64,000 nt of DNA, from positions 14,886 through 78,885 of the forward strand of contig JAKASR010000006.1 of NCBI GenBank assembly GCA_021818955.1, read 5' to 3'. Made by a program: the position numbers and the translations under genes. The notes below the pieces were generated by a model that made no database searches, was not told where the DNA came from, and saw only the letters and a list, made by a program, of their open reading frames with translations. Of the stretch, positions 62,290 through 64,000 are shown in pieces. Position 1 is the stretch's first letter; every line of letters starts with the position of its first letter. This DNA comes from Acidobacteriota bacterium (GTDB taxonomy: Bacteria; Acidobacteriota; Terriglobia; Terriglobales; SCQP01).

Positions 62290-62903
62290 ATCCGGCGCCG
62301 GCCCATTCCGCCCCGGCCGTTTCCATTCCGGCGGCGCTGGCGCTGGAAGCGGTTTCCCCGCCTTCGTGCCCGAAATGCGGTCAGGACTTAAACTCGCCCA
62401 TCCCTGAAAAGGGAGCTTGCTCCCACTGCCGCCAGATCGTCTATCTCTGGACGTTTGCTCGCCTGGTGCGCCGGCCGGCGCCGGAACCTTCCCCCAGCGG
62501 CGCCGATGGAGCCATCTGTTATTTTCATGATGCCCGCGCCGCCCTCGCCGCCTGTCAATCCTGCGGGCGTTATGTTTGTGAACTCTGCGAGCTGAAGCTG
62601 GAGGGCCGCCAGATATGCCCCGATTGTTTCAACCGCGGGCTCCTCAATCAGCAATGGAGCAGCTTGCGCCAGCACGAAATTCTTTATGACACGCTGGCGC
62701 TGGAGTTGGCCTTTGCCGGCTGGTTCCTTTGGATGCTGGCCCCTCTGCTGGACGCCTATATCGTTTATTTGTTGCTGCGCCATTGGAACGGGCCGCGCGC
62801 CTGTCTGCTGCCGCGAAACCGCTGGCGCTTTTATCTGGCTATGCCGGTGATGGCCGTGCCCCTGGGATATTGGCTGTTTCTTTTCGTGCTTTTAAAGCGA
62901 TGA
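62286..62903 (+). CDS. Zinc-ribbon / B-box-like cysteine-rich membrane protein
   Basis: CPKCG...CSHC, then CYFH...CQSCGRYVCELCE...CPDC, followed by 3 hydrophobic helices. ATGA overlaps on both sides. Confidence 0.5.
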   Translation: MNPAPAHSAPAVSIPAALALEAVSPPSCPKCGQDLNSPIPEKGACSHCRQIVYLWTFARLVRRPAPEPSPSGADGAICYFHDARAALAACQSCGRYVCELCELKLEGRQICPDCFNRGLLNQQWSSLRQHEILYDTLALELAFAGWFLWMLAPLLDAYIVYLLLRHWNGPRACLLPRNRWRFYLAMPVMAVPLGYWLFLFVLLKR

Positions 62904-64000
62904 CGCCCGCCCCTGCCCCGAGCTCGAATGCTTCCCACGGCCCGCAGCCGGGTCGGCTGCGCTGCCTTGGCCACGTCGTTCGACTCACCCATAGTTGGCG
63001 CTGGTATCTGGCTGAAGATCATTTACTGCTTGCCGACCGCGGCTTTTATACCGTGACCTATACCCGTTTTTATCTGGATGAATTGCAAACCCTGGCGGTG
63101 TGGCCAACGCGCGGCAGACGCACTCGTTGCCTGCTGCTTGGCTTGCTGAGCGCCGTGCTGGCCATTCTGTTTTGGGTGACCGGGTTGCATCGCGTGATCT
63201 TCCTCCTCGCCGCGCTGGCGCTCGCCGTAGCCGCACTGGAGTGGATTCGCGGCCCCCTGGCCCAAGCCGAAATTCGCACCCCCGGTCAGGCACGCCGGCT
63301 GGCTTTGTCCAGCCGCTTGCCTGCCAGCCTGCGCGCCGCTCGCGCTATAGCTGCGGCCGCCGCGGCTTATCAACCCCCAGTCGTTGCCGCCCTGCCCCTA
63401 TTGAGCCGTAGCCAGAAGCCCTCTTCAACGTCCGCATCCCCGGCAATGCGCGATCGCCGTGGTTGGGCGAATGGGCCCTATAGCGCCCTGATCTGGACGA
63501 TGTTGGTCCTCCTCTTGACCAAAGGCGTGATGGATTTGGGCCTTTGGTCCGCGCTCGTCGTTGCGCATGTTCAGTCGAGGATAGTCCGGGTCGTGCTCGC
63601 TTCCGCTCTGGATGGAGCTTTTTGGATTGTATTAATCCTTTGCCTGTTAAAAATCCATCGCTACCGCACTGCATGGGGCTTGCGGGCTTGGCTGTGGACG
63701 ACCACCGGGGCTGGCCTGGCCTGGATTGTTGTCTATGTGAGTAACATCGTTTATATCGGGGTTCAAGGCGTGACGCGGAATCTGCCGCCAGCGGCGATTA
63801 AGATTTTAACCAGGACTACCCTGCAGCGGAATTTACATGTTTATAGTGTTGTGCTTCTGGTTTTGGCCTTGTTCGGGCTCTGGCTTAGCATCCGGCATGG
63901 GCATTTTGAAACCGATCGGCGGGCCTCGCTTGCCGTGGATCGGGAGCTCGGCTTGAATTTATCTGGCTCTACCCCAGCTTCTGTGCCGGCTATGGCTGCG
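62900..64000 (+). CDS. Hypothetical multi-pass membrane protein (partial, runs off the window end)
   Basis: Not in the ORF track because it has no stop. I translated it manually from ATG 62900 and it is open for 367 codons to nt 64000. Several hydrophobic helices (LLLGLLSAVLAILFWV; IWTMLVLLL; FWIVLILCLL; VVLLVLALFGLWL). Confidence 0.55.
   Translation, partial: MTPAPAPSSNASHGPQPGRLRCLGHVVRLTHSWRWYLAEDHLLLADRGFYTVTYTRFYLDELQTLAVWPTRGRRTRCLLLGLLSAVLAILFWVTGLHRVIFLLAALALAVAALEWIRGPLAQAEIRTPGQARRLALSSRLPASLRAARAIAAAAAAYQPPVVAALPLLSRSQKPSSTSASPAMRDRRGWANGPYSALIWTMLVLLLTKGVMDLGLWSALVVAHVQSRIVRVVLASALDGAFWIVLILCLLKIHRYRTAWGLRAWLWTTTGAGLAWIVVYVSNIVYIGVQGVTRNLPPAAIKILTRTTLQRNLHVYSVVLLVLALFGLWLSIRHGHFETDRRASLAVDRELGLNLSGSTPASVPAMAA

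Overview
High-GC bacterial chromosomal window with about 60 protein genes. I recognised no rRNA, tRNA, CRISPR array, transposase or integrase. The gene content is reminiscent of Acidobacteriota (membrane H+-pyrophosphatase, futalosine-type radical-SAM enzyme, Tat-signal TIM-barrel isomerases, PEP-CTERM-style EPS export genes). That taxonomic call is inference only.

Layout:
- 0.1-11.5 kb: housekeeping genes (hppA, pheA, lon, a PAS hybrid histidine kinase, an aminotransferase).
- 11.5-16.3 kb, minus strand: an ADP-heptose/heptosyltransferase operon.
- 16.6-20.5 kb: rplM-rpsI-rpsB-tsf-pyrH-frr.
- 20.6-33.6 kb: mixed metabolism (CE15-like esterase, tkt, ispH, cytochrome c, queD-like, hisA-like, argD, two TIM-barrel isomerases, comF-like, HNH, HIT).
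- 33.8-54.3 kb, minus strand: a roughly 20.4-kb, 17-gene, tightly coupled exopolysaccharide operon.
- 54.5-64 kb: priA, an M50 protease, IHF/HU, dedA, an Mqn-type radical-SAM gene, a rhodanese and a three-gene zinc-ribbon/RDD membrane operon that runs off the window end.

Two things deserve a second look.
1. A dispersed, modular intergenic repeat family that I do not recognise. It has near-identical core copies at 1-58, 33785-33868, 57411-57494 and 61003-61069. Long forms occur at 33644-33868 and 57150-57494. An inverted copy lies at 9946-10083, a terminus-to-terminus hairpin at 4141-4180, and degenerate fragments elsewhere. The long forms carry variable-number hairpin modules.
2. The EPS operon. 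It combines a PEP-CTERM-type export and chain-length module (no exosortase visible) with an unusual decoration set: two APH-fold kinases (one fused to a SAM-methyltransferase-like domain), a nucleotidyltransferase-fold orphan and a soluble alkaline-phosphatase-superfamily enzyme.

All functional calls come from reading motifs in the supplied translations. No database search was possible.
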